This document shows, piece after piece, positions 25,280-34,294 of a stretch of DNA of 45,249 nucleotides. The position numbers and the translations under genes are program-made. The DNA is from a virus (Duplodnaviria > Caudoviricetes), in the IMG/VR virus record IMGVR_UViG_3300022936_000003, positions 1 through 45,249 of that record. One strand, written 5' to 3'. The notes under the pieces are model-generated. The model made no database searches and was not told where the DNA came from. It saw nothing but the letters and a program-made list of their open reading frames with translations. Positions within the stretch are counted from its first letter, which is position 1, and each line of letters starts with the position of its first letter.

Positions 25280-27739
25280 TCACTTCCAAGCGGGAGGGCC
25301 AACGGTGTCGTTTGCCAAGCCCCGGTTTACCACCGCTTTAGTCCGACGTTCAAACGTCCGCCGATCCTCGGCCATCGCCTGCTGTAGACGAATGACCGCC
25401 GCCTGATCCGCGCCCCGTGCGTCGATGACCGGCGCATAGGTGAAGGCCTGCCCCCTGCCGGCCGATGGCGACGGCGGCTTGAGGTTGCCCACATAGCCGT
25501 TTTGCGAGGGCGTGAAAAACTCGCTGCGAGGCGTGTTCTCGTTGACGCGATACGTCATCCCGGCCTTTACGGGTCCGCCCAGCGCACGATTGCCGCCGAA
25601 GGCCGAACCCAGGAAACCGGCGATTGAGCCGCCGATGCCGCCGCCCTTTTGTCCGGCTTGCAGCAAGGTGCTGAAGATGGACGCAAGCCGATCCTGTAGG
25701 TTTTCCAGCAGCGCGTTTCGCATCGCCATCCCGATGGCTTCGCCAGGGTTTTCGGCCGTGACGATGTTCAGGAAGCCGTAAGCGAGCGCGTTGCCTTGGT
25801 CTTGGAAAATCTGCTGTTGCGCGGCGAGGCCAGCGGCGAGACCCTCCGAAATCTCCCGGCCGTAGTCTTCCCAAGGGATCAGTTCGATGGCTTCGGGCAG
25901 TTGCAAGTCCTGCGCCGCCGCCCCGCCTTCTAGGATCGCGCCTTCGGTCGGGGTGATGTATTCGCGGCGCACGGCCTCGCGGATGGTGGCGGTGCGTTCC
26001 GCCAGTTCCTTCGCGGCCCGCTCAACATCCGTCAGGAGGTCATTCTGGATGGCCTCTAGGTCGTCGCGAAGCCGGTCAACCTCGGCCGCCGCCTGACGCC
26101 CGCCGTTTGTTCCGCCGCCGCCGCTTGTCGTCGGCGTAGGCGTCACAGAGCCGCCACCACCACCGCCCAGGTTCACACCGGCCGCGATGCGCTGGATTTC
26201 CTGATCTAGCCGGATTTGCTCCCGCACCGCCGCCGCTGCCGCCGCCTGGGCGTCAGTCTGTTGCTGCATCGCCGTCGAGGCCATGCGCTGCGCCGACTGC
26301 ATAGCGACGGCGGACGAGTTGGAGAACGGCCCCTGTCCGAACGCTGCCGTCCGTTCCGCTGCTGTCGTGGCTGCCTCCGTCGCCCGTGCAGCCTTGGCCC
26401 CGGCCGCCGCAACCCGTTCGGTCGCCAAGGCCCGCGCCGCCGTCAGGGCCGCCGCCGCCTCCTCGCGCAGGGCCGCCGCGTTGTCCCGCGCCGCTTTGGC
26501 GTGCTCAGCCGTCGCGTTCTTGGCGTCAATCTGGGCCTGTTCGTATCGGCCCAGGATTTCATCATTCGCCGCAATGCGCCCGCCCATTTCGGCCTGAGCC
26601 TCGGCCGCCGTGATCGTGTTGCGCTGAAGGGTGAAGATAACCGCCGCCAGCGCCGCCACACCCACGATCAGCAGCCCGACCGGGTTGGCGGTCATCGCGG
26701 CGTTGAGAGCGATCTGGGCCGCCGTGGCGCCGGTCTGCCGGGCCTGTAGGCGGATGAGCGCGACCTGATAGGCGATGGTCGAAACGGTCGCCAAGCCGGT
26801 GCGGACCGCCGCCGCCGTCATGGCCGCCACATAACCGCCCCCGACCGTCACGGCCACGAGGCCGGCAGCGTTCGAGATGTCGTCCAGATGGTCCGCCACG
26901 AAGCCGATCACGGTGCCCAGCTTTTCAGACGCACCCGTGGAGGCGTCCAGTTGCCCCACGAACTGCGTCGCCTTCGTCTGTAGGTTCGTGAAGGCGTCGG
27001 AAATGGTGGCGTTCGTCTTGGCGAAGCCCGCGTCGATGCCCACGGTCGCGTTCTCAATCGCGCGGAACACGCCGGCCGAGGTCAACTTCCCTTCGGCGCC
27101 CAACTCCTTCAGCTTGCCGATGGTCGTGTCAAACTCGTCCGCGATGGCCTGCGCCAGCACCTGCGAGTTTTCACGGATGGCCTTCAGCTCGTCGCCCGCG
27201 AGGTTGCCCGACCCGAGGCCCTGAGCAAGCTGCGTCACGGCCGAGGCCCGCTCGCCGGCCGTGAGGTTGGATGTCGCCAGCGCCTTGTTGACGGTCTCGA
27301 CCACCCGCGCGACTTGCTGCTGCGACACGCCCAGTTCGCCCGAGGCCGCTATCAGGCGGTTGTAGAGGGTCACGGTCCCCTCAAGGCTGGACCGCGACCG
27401 GAGCGAAATCTGGACAAGGTTTTCCAGTTCGGCGTTGACCGTCGCCTGATCCTTGCCCGCCGCTCGGAGCGGGTTGCCCATGCGGGTCCAGGCGTCGGCG
27501 TATTGCTGGACCTCGCGGGCCGCCGCCGCCAGCGCCAGACCCCCGATGGCGTTCCTGATGTTGGACGACATGGCGTTAACGGAGCCCGTCGTCCGCTTGT
27601 TCATCTGTTCAAACGACTTCTCAATCGCCGCCGTTCGCCGTTCGGCAATGCGCTGGCCCTGACGCATCCCCCGATCCAGTTTCGCCACGTCCGCCGACAG
27701 TTCCAGCACAAGGCGGGCAACGTCTTTTTCCTGGGCCAT
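25280..27739 (-). CDS. tape measure protein
   Basis: 819 aa, Ala-rich; QYADAWT...QLAQGLGSGNLAGDEL tape-measure domain; RALGGPV...VNE C-terminal motif. Confidence 0.93.
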   Translation of the reverse strand: MAQEKDVARLVLELSADVAKLDRGMRQGQRIAERRTAAIEKSFEQMNKRTTGSVNAMSSNIRNAIGGLALAAAAREVQQYADAWTRMGNPLRAAGKDQATVNAELENLVQISLRSRSSLEGTVTLYNRLIAASGELGVSQQQVARVVETVNKALATSNLTAGERASAVTQLAQGLGSGNLAGDELKAIRENSQVLAQAIADEFDTTIGKLKELGAEGKLTSAGVFRAIENATVGIDAGFAKTNATISDAFTNLQTKATQFVGQLDASTGASEKLGTVIGFVADHLDDISNAAGLVAVTVGGGYVAAMTAAAVRTGLATVSTIAYQVALIRLQARQTGATAAQIALNAAMTANPVGLLIVGVAALAAVIFTLQRNTITAAEAQAEMGGRIAANDEILGRYEQAQIDAKNATAEHAKAARDNAAALREEAAAALTAARALATERVAAAGAKAARATEAATTAAERTAAFGQGPFSNSSAVAMQSAQRMASTAMQQQTDAQAAAAAAVREQIRLDQEIQRIAAGVNLGGGGGGSVTPTPTTSGGGGTNGGRQAAAEVDRLRDDLEAIQNDLLTDVERAAKELAERTATIREAVRREYITPTEGAILEGGAAAQDLQLPEAIELIPWEDYGREISEGLAAGLAAQQQIFQDQGNALAYGFLNIVTAENPGEAIGMAMRNALLENLQDRLASIFSTLLQAGQKGGGIGGSIAGFLGSAFGGNRALGGPVKAGMTYRVNENTPRSEFFTPSQNGYVGNLKPPSPSAGRGQAFTYAPVIDARGADQAAVIRLQQAMAEDRRTFERRTKAVVNRGLANDTVGPPAWK

Positions 27740-27742
27740 GCG

Positions 27743-28006
27743 CTACCGTCCTCTGCGGGCTTGCCGCTCCTCGTCACGCGCCAACGCGGCCTCAAACTCG
27801 TCCACGCTGGGCGCCTGTGTCTTAGGCGGACTATGGAACGCGGACCAGCCTTCGGAAAGGGCGTTGAACTCCCACCATGAGAAGCGCCGCACCTGATCGG
27901 GCGTGTAGCCCCCGACTAGGGCGCCTCGTCCGAAGACGGCGGCGAATCGGATCTTGCCTCTGGGGAGGTCGGGTTGGTCTGGCTCGCCTCCCCCTCCGGT
28001 TTTCCC
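27743..28006 (-). CDS. tail assembly chaperone GT extension via -1 frameshift
   Basis: G-GGA-AAA slippery heptamer at 28006-28000; -1 frame reads ...GGYTPDQVRRFSWWEFNALSEGW...RGR* with TAG at 27743-27745, just before the TMP start. Confidence 0.85.
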   Translation of the reverse strand, partial: GKTGGGGEPDQPDLPRGKIRFAAVFGRGALVGGYTPDQVRRFSWWEFNALSEGWSAFHSPPKTQAPSVDEFEAALARDEERQARRGR

Positions 28007-28464
28007 GGCGGTTCGTCAGGGACGCCCATCACGCCGATTTGGAGCAGGAGTTGGGCCAGCGGGACGGACTCGCCCCACGGACGGTCGTGGACCCACCGCT
28101 TGACGATTTGACGGGCTTCGGAAGGGCCCATGCCGCCCCCGACCAGCCCGGCGAAAACGATGGTCCCGAGCATCTTCACGGTCCAGCGCCCGGCCTCGAG
28201 CAGTTGCAGCGCATAGGCCGGCCCCATGTCGTGGGCCTCCTGAAGCTGTTCCGCCTCACCGATCCCGAACTTGACCTTGTAGACGCCGGGGCCAATCGGG
28301 AAGCCGTCCATCTCCTGTTTCCGGCTGACACCCTCGCGGGCCATCGCCAGTTGCAGGGCCAAGAGCGCCGACGAAACGCTCAACTCCGACAGGTCAAACG
28401 GCAAAGCCGCCGAGGTTTCCCCCAGCGGCTCGTCGCCTGCCATCCCAGACAGAAAGTCGGTCAT
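27916..28464 (-). CDS. tail assembly chaperone (gpG-like)
   Basis: between tail tube and TMP; IGEAEQLQEAHDMGP...GLVGGGMGPSEA. Confidence 0.85.
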   Translation of the reverse strand: MTDFLSGMAGDEPLGETSAALPFDLSELSVSSALLALQLAMAREGVSRKQEMDGFPIGPGVYKVKFGIGEAEQLQEAHDMGPAYALQLLEAGRWTVKMLGTIVFAGLVGGGMGPSEARQIVKRWVHDRPWGESVPLAQLLLQIGVMGVPDEPPGKPEGEASQTNPTSPEARSDSPPSSDEAP

Positions 28465-28465
28465 G

Positions 28466-28906
28466 TTACGGGTTTTCGTTCATCGTCACGGGGCCGGTGA
28501 ACTTCATCGTCATGTCGGCGGTCGCGCTGCCGGTCTCGCCGCCGTTGACGCCCCAGGACAGCAGCAGCAGTTGGCCCTCGAACTCGACCCCGTCTTCCGC
28601 GTCGATGGCGACCTGGGCATTCTTCGGCTCGCCCGATTCCCACCAGTCGAAGAAGAACGGAACTTCGTCCGCCTTGACCCGGCCGGCGCCGGTCACGTCC
28701 ACCGACAGGCTGTCAACCTGCGTCACGGTGTAGGCGACAGCGGTCGGGTCGTCGCAGTCGATGTCCGTCTCGTCGGTGGAGGCCGTCGAAAACTGGATGG
28801 CCCGGTCGCCGTTGAACGTGCATTTCACCGAAAAGACTTCGGGGGACGCACCGTTACCGATGCGGATCAGGAGCCGACGCCCTGAAAAGTTTGGCTTGGT
28901 CGCCAT
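28466..28906 (-). CDS. major tail tube protein
   Basis: GRRLLIRIGNGASPEVF, DCDDP, ...FTGPV; position. Confidence 0.88.
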   Translation of the reverse strand: MATKPNFSGRRLLIRIGNGASPEVFSVKCTFNGDRAIQFSTASTDETDIDCDDPTAVAYTVTQVDSLSVDVTGAGRVKADEVPFFFDWWESGEPKNAQVAIDAEDGVEFEGQLLLLSWGVNGGETGSATADMTMKFTGPVTMNENP

Positions 28907-28926
28907 AGTCGCAGTCTCCTATCCGG

Positions 28927-29391
28927 TCACACCGGGTCCAAAAGGTATCGGAGCGTTACCACAGAACGGGCGACGCCGTCAGCTATCGGAAGATGCCTTG
29001 AAGAGTCGACGCCCGCAACCGTCATAGACCAGCCGGGGACGGTTAGGATACGCGCCGCCGCGACCACGATAGCCGCCGCCAGTTTCTTCGCCCCCGTCTT
29101 GCCGCGCGCGTTGGCGTCGTCCCATGCCTCAACGGTGATGAAGGTCTCCACCTCGGCGTCGCAGTCGTTCGTCGGGCTCGCCGGAACGTCCTGCCCGTCC
29201 CCGAACGCCAGGAACGGATAGGACTTCGTCGGCATTCCGGTGGAGGGATTGCGCGGCACGTTGTCATAGACCGGCAGCAGCCCCCCGACCTTCTGAACTC
29301 CCATCGTCGCAAACACCGCCGCCAGCCCCGTAGAGCCTTGCAGGGCCGCATAGACGGCGGTCTGGACTGGGTCAGATGCGAGCCGGGTCAT
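28927..29391 (-). CDS. tail terminator / tail completion protein (DUF3168-like)
   Basis: QTAVYAAL...VYDNVP...YPFLAFG...AW. Confidence 0.82.
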   Translation of the reverse strand: MTRLASDPVQTAVYAALQGSTGLAAVFATMGVQKVGGLLPVYDNVPRNPSTGMPTKSYPFLAFGDGQDVPASPTNDCDAEVETFITVEAWDDANARGKTGAKKLAAAIVVAAARILTVPGWSMTVAGVDSSRHLPIADGVARSVVTLRYLLDPV

Positions 29392-29807
29392 TCTGCGTCC
29401 TTAAGCCCCTGCCGCCACGCCCGCAACTGGCGCTGCTTAATCAGGCGGCGCATGGCTCTGTAGGCTGGAAAGAAGAAGGCTTGAGCGGGCGTCTTCGGCG
29501 TCCCGAACTCGACCCAACGAGCCATAAACGCCTTGTCGTCACCGGCCACGACCCGCCACGTCACCCCGCCGCCATCCGTGCCGCGATAGCCCGCCACCTC
29601 GTAATAGTTGATGGACCGCTGCAAATCACCCTGATCGACAGGGACCAGCCGCACCATCATGGCGACGAGGTCTTCGGCCGATTTCTCATTCGCGGCATTG
29701 ATGCGCCTTTTGACCTTGTCGGGGATACGCCCCATGCGGGCGACGAAGTCCTTAGCGCGAGGCTGGGCGCGTCCGTTCTCGTCTTTCAGCTTCCACGTCA
29801 CGGCCAT
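29388..29807 (-). CDS. HK97 gp10-like tail completion protein
   Basis: VPVDQGDLQRSI, ARWVEFGT, AQAFFFPA; likely ATG 29807. Confidence 0.88.
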   Translation of the reverse strand: MAVTWKLKDENGRAQPRAKDFVARMGRIPDKVKRRINAANEKSAEDLVAMMVRLVPVDQGDLQRSINYYEVAGYRGTDGGGVTWRVVAGDDKAFMARWVEFGTPKTPAQAFFFPAYRAMRRLIKQRQLRAWRQGLKDAE

Positions 29808-29920
29808 GCGCGACGGTTGACCGAAAGCCCATCCAGTTGCAAGGTGCTGCGCGAGGGCAGGTCTTCGGCGGAAGTCCCTGCCCCCATCACCGATGCGTCC
29901 ACATCGGCTGCGCGTGAAGA

Positions 29921-29930
29921 ATGTATACAT
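29921..29930. promoter_or_regulatory. single operator box ATGTATACAT
   Basis: perfect palindrome in the gap between head-closure and gp10-like genes. Confidence 0.65.
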
Positions 29931-30245
29931 CACGCCAGACAGGACGCAACCGGGGATTTGATGTTTCGCCCCCGGTGCGTCTGGCTCCCGTCCCCAAAGC
30001 CAGAAGATGACTACCGGGCGAACTTTGCCCGCAATCAAATGCGGGACTTCCGAGCCCCCGACTGGCCCTGTGGCCTGAGGGAAAACCTGACCAACGACCC
30101 CCTTTGCTCCATGGGCATATCATGGAGGGGACGGCTGGCCCCCGATATAGGGCAGTCAGGCTATACGGTAGTGGCAGAACAGGCTCCCATCCGCGTCCTG
30201 CCTAAGGGTAGGGGAGATCGCGGAAAGCGGACTATTGCTTGTCGA

Positions 30246-30659
30246 CTAGGGGCCGGTCGGGAACGTCGGCGGGCTTTCAGTTTCCCCGCCCGGCTCATAG
30301 CCCGCATCGGGCGACTGGACCGGCGTCTGTTCGCAGATGAGCAGCACCATTTCCTGACCTGGTTGCCACCCGTTGGCGATGACCTGAAACAGCCGGGCCG
30401 CCTTGCCGTTCTCGCGGACGCGGTCGCGGCTGTCGATGAGGGTCGAGACCGGCGTCGCCCTGAACTCGATGTAGAACTGCTGGCGGCTGGCCTCCTGACC
30501 GTCCGCCATGCTCTCCCGGCCGGTGCGGGGCCAGATGGCGCACGACACCGGCCCCAGGTAGTCATCCCAGCCGTCTTGGAAGTTGCCCGCGCCGTCGCCG
30601 GCCGGGTTGGGGCTGGCCCGCTGGACCGTGGCCCGGTTACGCAATCGCAGACGCGCCAT
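30246..30659 (-). CDS. head closure / head-tail adaptor protein
   Basis: LRNRATVQR...DGAGN...W...AIWPRTGRE; ATG 30659. Confidence 0.82.
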   Translation of the reverse strand: MARLRLRNRATVQRASPNPAGDGAGNFQDGWDDYLGPVSCAIWPRTGRESMADGQEASRQQFYIEFRATPVSTLIDSRDRVRENGKAARLFQVIANGWQPGQEMVLLICEQTPVQSPDAGYEPGGETESPPTFPTGP

Positions 30660-30841
30660 CAGTCTTTCGCCACAACCGGGCTTACGGTCGCCTCGGCCTT
30701 GCCTTCGCTGACCAGCCGCTGGCCGTATTCCTTCGGGACGTTCTCGACCATCCCGGCCTTGTATTTGATGCGCGAGGTCACGATGCCCTGCGGCTTGGGC
30801 TGGACCGAACGCACGTCGTCTTTGAGGAAGCGCACCCACAT
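30659..30841 (-). CDS. small virion-type protein
   Basis: MWVRFLKDD...YKAGMVENVPKEYGQRLVSEGKAE; AGGAG SD. Confidence 0.7.
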   Translation of the reverse strand: MWVRFLKDDVRSVQPKPQGIVTSRIKYKAGMVENVPKEYGQRLVSEGKAEATVSPVVAKD

Positions 30842-30939
30842 TTTGCCGGTCTCCTGTTCTGGCCTGATAGCCATAACGCGAAACGCCACCGGCGTGAACC
30901 GATGGCGTCTCTCAAGCCCCAGATGGGAACGCGGTCTGT

Positions 30940-32499
30940 TTACCCGGCGACCCGTTGCACGGCAAGCCAAGTCCCGAGGACGTGGGCGATGGGCTCTTGC
31001 CGACAAAGCTGATGGATGCCGTCAAGCGTGTCCCTGACATCGACGCTAGGTTCGTCGTGGTCGTCGTGGTGAACGATAAGGCCGCCGCCGTTACGACGAA
31101 TCAGCACCGTCGCCAGTTCATGGTCCGAGGCGACCGCTACGGCGCCGTGGTCGCCGTCGATGAAAACCACGCCAGCTTCCGGCAAGTCGTCCATCGTCAA
31201 GTCAAAGGAGCCGCGTCGAATGATGACCAGCATGAACCTGGGATCATCCAGCGCCAGATAGCCCGGCCGGTCGGGAACCTCGCGCCGCTGGACCGACTTG
31301 GCGAACTCATAGGACGGCGGGACGTCGATTCCGATGTAGCGCTCAAGGCTCGGGACGTTCCGCAGAATGGCCTTTGCCGTCCGCCCGGTGTTGCAGCCGA
31401 TTTCGATCATGCAACGGGGCTTAACGGACCTGACCAGCGTAATCAGGGTCTCCAGTTCGCCGGGGTTCATGAAGTTGGTCGGCAGGCCCGTCAGGTCGAT
31501 GTCGGGGTCCGGTTCCACGGTGATGTTCGGCCGCACCTTGGACCGGCCGCCCAGGACGTATGGTTCGGGGACGGACTTCGGCGCCGACGCGGCAAACAGG
31601 GCCAGCCGGTCCATTTCGGCGGGCATGTCGATTCGCTTGTCGCAGTCGTGGTCATGTCGGAAACAGTTGCAGGCATTCACCGGGGCGATGGGGAGCGTCG
31701 GGGTATAGACCGCGCCGGCCGAGAACGATGTCCCGTCCTCATAGCCGCCAGAGACCACCACCGTAGGCGTCCCTACAGCCTGACCCAGGACCGCCGCGAA
31801 CCCAGGCGAACAGAAGACCAGAGACGCCATTTCGGTCAGGGCCGCGAGGGTTTCGAAGTCCAGTTCGCCGTTGTGCAACTCGACATGCCCGGCGCGGTGA
31901 GGGATGCCCGCTTGGCTGGGCGCCAGCCATTCCTTGCCGGGGACCAAATCGGCCACCGACACGATGAAGAAGTCGTCGCGGATGGACTCGATCAGGTTTT
32001 CATAGTGGCCGTCGTCAGGGTTCCGCGCCTTGCACCCGCCCCACTCTGTCCGCTCGACCAATGGGCGATAAATCATCAGAGGCTTGTCGGGCTTCCACTT
32101 GCGAATCCATGCATCCGCCTTCTCGCGCCACGCCTTCGGGATCGGGAGCCGGAAATCACCGACAGGGACGCCCGCGACCTTGGACATGGCGCCGAGGACC
32201 GAACCCTCGTCACGCACGACCTGGGGCGGGTAGTGCTGGCGCAGCACGTCGCACGAATGCGGAGGGCCGCCACGGACGAACAGGCCCCGGTTCGCAGCCG
32301 CGTTCTTAGCCTGGGTCCGAAGGCTCGACCCCTTGTTGACCAGCTTCAGCTTCGGCCCGACGAGGTCGTGATAAATCTGCGGCCACGGGGTTTCCAGCCA
32401 GACCTCACGGCCCTTCGCCAGATAGGCGCGGACAATGCTGCGCTGATGGATGCAATCCCCGAGTCCTTGCATGCCCACGATGTAGAGAGGACGCGCCAT
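30940..32499 (-). CDS. GT9-like (GT-B) glycosyltransferase fused to class I SAM methyltransferase
   Basis: GMQGLGDC N-terminal motif and LAAL...LGQAVGTPTVVV; C-terminal IEIGCNTGRTA and VFIDGDH. Confidence 0.8.
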   Translation of the reverse strand: MARPLYIVGMQGLGDCIHQRSIVRAYLAKGREVWLETPWPQIYHDLVGPKLKLVNKGSSLRTQAKNAAANRGLFVRGGPPHSCDVLRQHYPPQVVRDEGSVLGAMSKVAGVPVGDFRLPIPKAWREKADAWIRKWKPDKPLMIYRPLVERTEWGGCKARNPDDGHYENLIESIRDDFFIVSVADLVPGKEWLAPSQAGIPHRAGHVELHNGELDFETLAALTEMASLVFCSPGFAAVLGQAVGTPTVVVSGGYEDGTSFSAGAVYTPTLPIAPVNACNCFRHDHDCDKRIDMPAEMDRLALFAASAPKSVPEPYVLGGRSKVRPNITVEPDPDIDLTGLPTNFMNPGELETLITLVRSVKPRCMIEIGCNTGRTAKAILRNVPSLERYIGIDVPPSYEFAKSVQRREVPDRPGYLALDDPRFMLVIIRRGSFDLTMDDLPEAGVVFIDGDHGAVAVASDHELATVLIRRNGGGLIVHHDDHDEPSVDVRDTLDGIHQLCRQEPIAHVLGTWLAVQRVAG

Positions 32500-32756
32500 C
32501 AGGCTTCGAACCTCTCGGCGCGGCTATATGCAGCCGACTCGCTCAAGCCGAAGGGGAACCGCTCGCGGCTATTGTTGCCGATGTCGTATTCCAGACGGAC
32601 GCCAAAAGGGCCGAAACCGAAGACCATGTGACCGCCGGTGAAGTCGTCTTCGCGCTGCATCCCCAGATGCCAATCCAGCGGGGAAAACCAAAGCGACAGG
32701 CTTCCGCCTCTCAGGTTGCGCCAATGCCAGCGCGGAAGGTCGGGGGTATTCATCAT
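32499..32756 (-). CDS. small hypothetical protein
   Basis: GAGG SD, preceded by an operator pair; TGATG-coupled to the GT gene. Confidence 0.65.
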   Translation of the reverse strand: MMNTPDLPRWHWRNLRGGSLSLWFSPLDWHLGMQREDDFTGGHMVFGFGPFGVRLEYDIGNNSRERFPFGLSESAAYSRAERFEA

Positions 32757-32782
32757 CAGCCCTCATTTATCAGTGAAGGCCG

Positions 32783-32815
32783 ATGTAAACATTATCCCGG
32801 CCGGAATGTAAACAT
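32783..32815. promoter_or_regulatory. operator pair ATGTAAACAT (32783-32792, 32806-32815)
   Basis: two exact boxes 23 bp apart inside the late region. Confidence 0.85.
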
Positions 32816-33492
32816 CACTTATAGAGGCGGAAGGCCGTCATTAGCGACTCGGCGCCCAACTCCAGCGCATAGACCCGCTCCGTCCCGACCGCGTCCCGAT
32901 TGGCGAACCAATAGCCGGTCAGGAGGATCAGGGCATTGGCGAGCGCGGCGGGCAGGACGGTTTCGGGGTCGTCGCCCGCGCCGGTCTCGTCGGGGATGTC
33001 AAAGCCCGCCCTGAACGTGATCTGCACGGCGTCGTAGGCCCGCCCCAGCGACGGGAGCGACACGCCGTCGTTCAGGTGGATCAGGCCGCCTGTGGGCAAC
33101 CGCTGGACGCGATAGTCGGAGCCCGGCAGGTCATCAAGCGTGATTTCGCCTTGGCCCAGGTAGTCGATGCTATCGACCTCACGGAACGGGACGCGCTCCA
33201 GAATGGCCGGCGAGCAGCAGGACCACCGATAACGCTCACCGGCGCAGCCACAGGCCTGGGCGATGCACCAATCCGCCATATCGACCCGGAATGTCGTCGG
33301 GCGAAGCGTCAGGTGCGTTTGCTTCTCCACGAACTCGATGGCCGCGATGAACGCAGCCTCGACCGCGTCGTCCTGCGCGTCGATGCCGTCCTGATCCATC
33401 CCGCCGTCCTCAATCTGAAGGCGCGACTTCACCTTTTCCAGCGGGATCGGGAGGCCCTGCGAAACAGCGATGCGGGTATAGTTCACAGGCAA
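32815..33492 (-). CDS. head-tail connector (gp6-like)
   Basis: PIPLEKVKSRLQI, AVQITFRAGF, LPAALANALILLTGYWFANRDAV. Confidence 0.9.
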   Translation of the reverse strand: MPVNYTRIAVSQGLPIPLEKVKSRLQIEDGGMDQDGIDAQDDAVEAAFIAAIEFVEKQTHLTLRPTTFRVDMADWCIAQACGCAGERYRWSCCSPAILERVPFREVDSIDYLGQGEITLDDLPGSDYRVQRLPTGGLIHLNDGVSLPSLGRAYDAVQITFRAGFDIPDETGAGDDPETVLPAALANALILLTGYWFANRDAVGTERVYALELGAESLMTAFRLYK

Positions 33493-34103
33493 TCCTCCAG
33501 CGGACGCTTTTCGAACGCGGTCAGCGATGAATGCGGCGAAGCGTTCAGAACTTCAACCCCTAGAGCCGACAGCATAGGGGCCGCAGCGTCTAGATCGGCT
33601 CGCCAGCGCGCCATATTCAGCGCCGAGGGGTTGTTCAGCCCGCCGCCGTGCTTCCCATGCCAATGCACACCACGGGCCAGCGACAGGTCGAACCCGACGA
33701 GGACGATGCGCGACGCCCCAGCCTGGGCCGCGAGGTTCACCGCCTGAAACCCGCTGTTGCCGCCCGCGCCAATCTCTCCGAAGCGGTCGAAGAGCATGAC
33801 GCGCATCCGAGCCTCGACCTTGATGCAACACAGGCCCATCGCGGCGGCCCCACGGGCGTCCTGTGTCACCTTCAGGCCGGGGAATGCCCGCGCGCCCGCG
33901 TCAGCCTTCCAGTAAGCCCCATCGGCCGCGTAAAGCATGTCCGCCCATGGCGCGAGGCGGTGCGATGCGTTGATGACGATACAGGCCGCGCCCGACGCCC
34001 TTACGATGTCGAGCGAGGCTTCCGAGGCGGACGGGCCGGACGCGACGATGACGACACTGCGCCCGACCCAGCGGGGGAACCACTCGGGGGCGCCGAGGTA
34101 GGG
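33483..34103 (-). CDS. glycosyltransferase-like domain (GT29/DUF115-MAF-like), probably reached by -1 frameshift from the upstream ORF
   Basis: VVIVASGPS, CIVINASHRLAPWADMLYAAD, GGNSGFQAVNLA, IVLVGFD, HWHG, VLNAS; no ATG/GTG/TTG between TAA 34137-34139 and Met 33938. Confidence 0.75.
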   Translation of the reverse strand, partial: PYLGAPEWFPRWVGRSVVIVASGPSASEASLDIVRASGAACIVINASHRLAPWADMLYAADGAYWKADAGARAFPGLKVTQDARGAAAMGLCCIKVEARMRVMLFDRFGEIGAGGNSGFQAVNLAAQAGASRIVLVGFDLSLARGVHWHGKHGGGLNNPSALNMARWRADLDAAAPMLSALGVEVLNASPHSSLTAFEKRPLEDCL

Positions 34104-34285
34104 TCCGGCGTGGACGCCTTCGCGCGTGCTGGGGCCTTACCGGCGAGAATGGTGATTCGGCCATTCTTGACCCACTCCTCCGCCAACGCGACGGGAATAT
34201 CCGTCTCATAACCCGCCTGCCGGCGTTCGCCATCAACCGGGTTCATCGTCCTGTTCAGGCGGACCCGAACTGTCTTCGTCGCCAT
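34001..34285 (-). CDS. small virion-type protein (post-capsid position)
   Basis: AGGAGG SD; RQAGYETDIPVALAEEWVKNG followed by a low-complexity tail. Confidence 0.75.
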   Translation of the reverse strand: MATKTVRVRLNRTMNPVDGERRQAGYETDIPVALAEEWVKNGRITILAGKAPARAKASTPDPTSAPPSGSPAGSGAVSSSSRPARPPRKPRSTS

Positions 34286-34294
34286 AGTGACCTC

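Noticed and set aside
29388-30038. 216-aa version of the gp10-like gene
   Set aside because: Upstream part lacks family features; ATG 29807 gives a typical length
30955-32631. 558-aa plus-strand ORF
   Set aside because: Antisense to the GT9-methyltransferase gene, which has clear motifs
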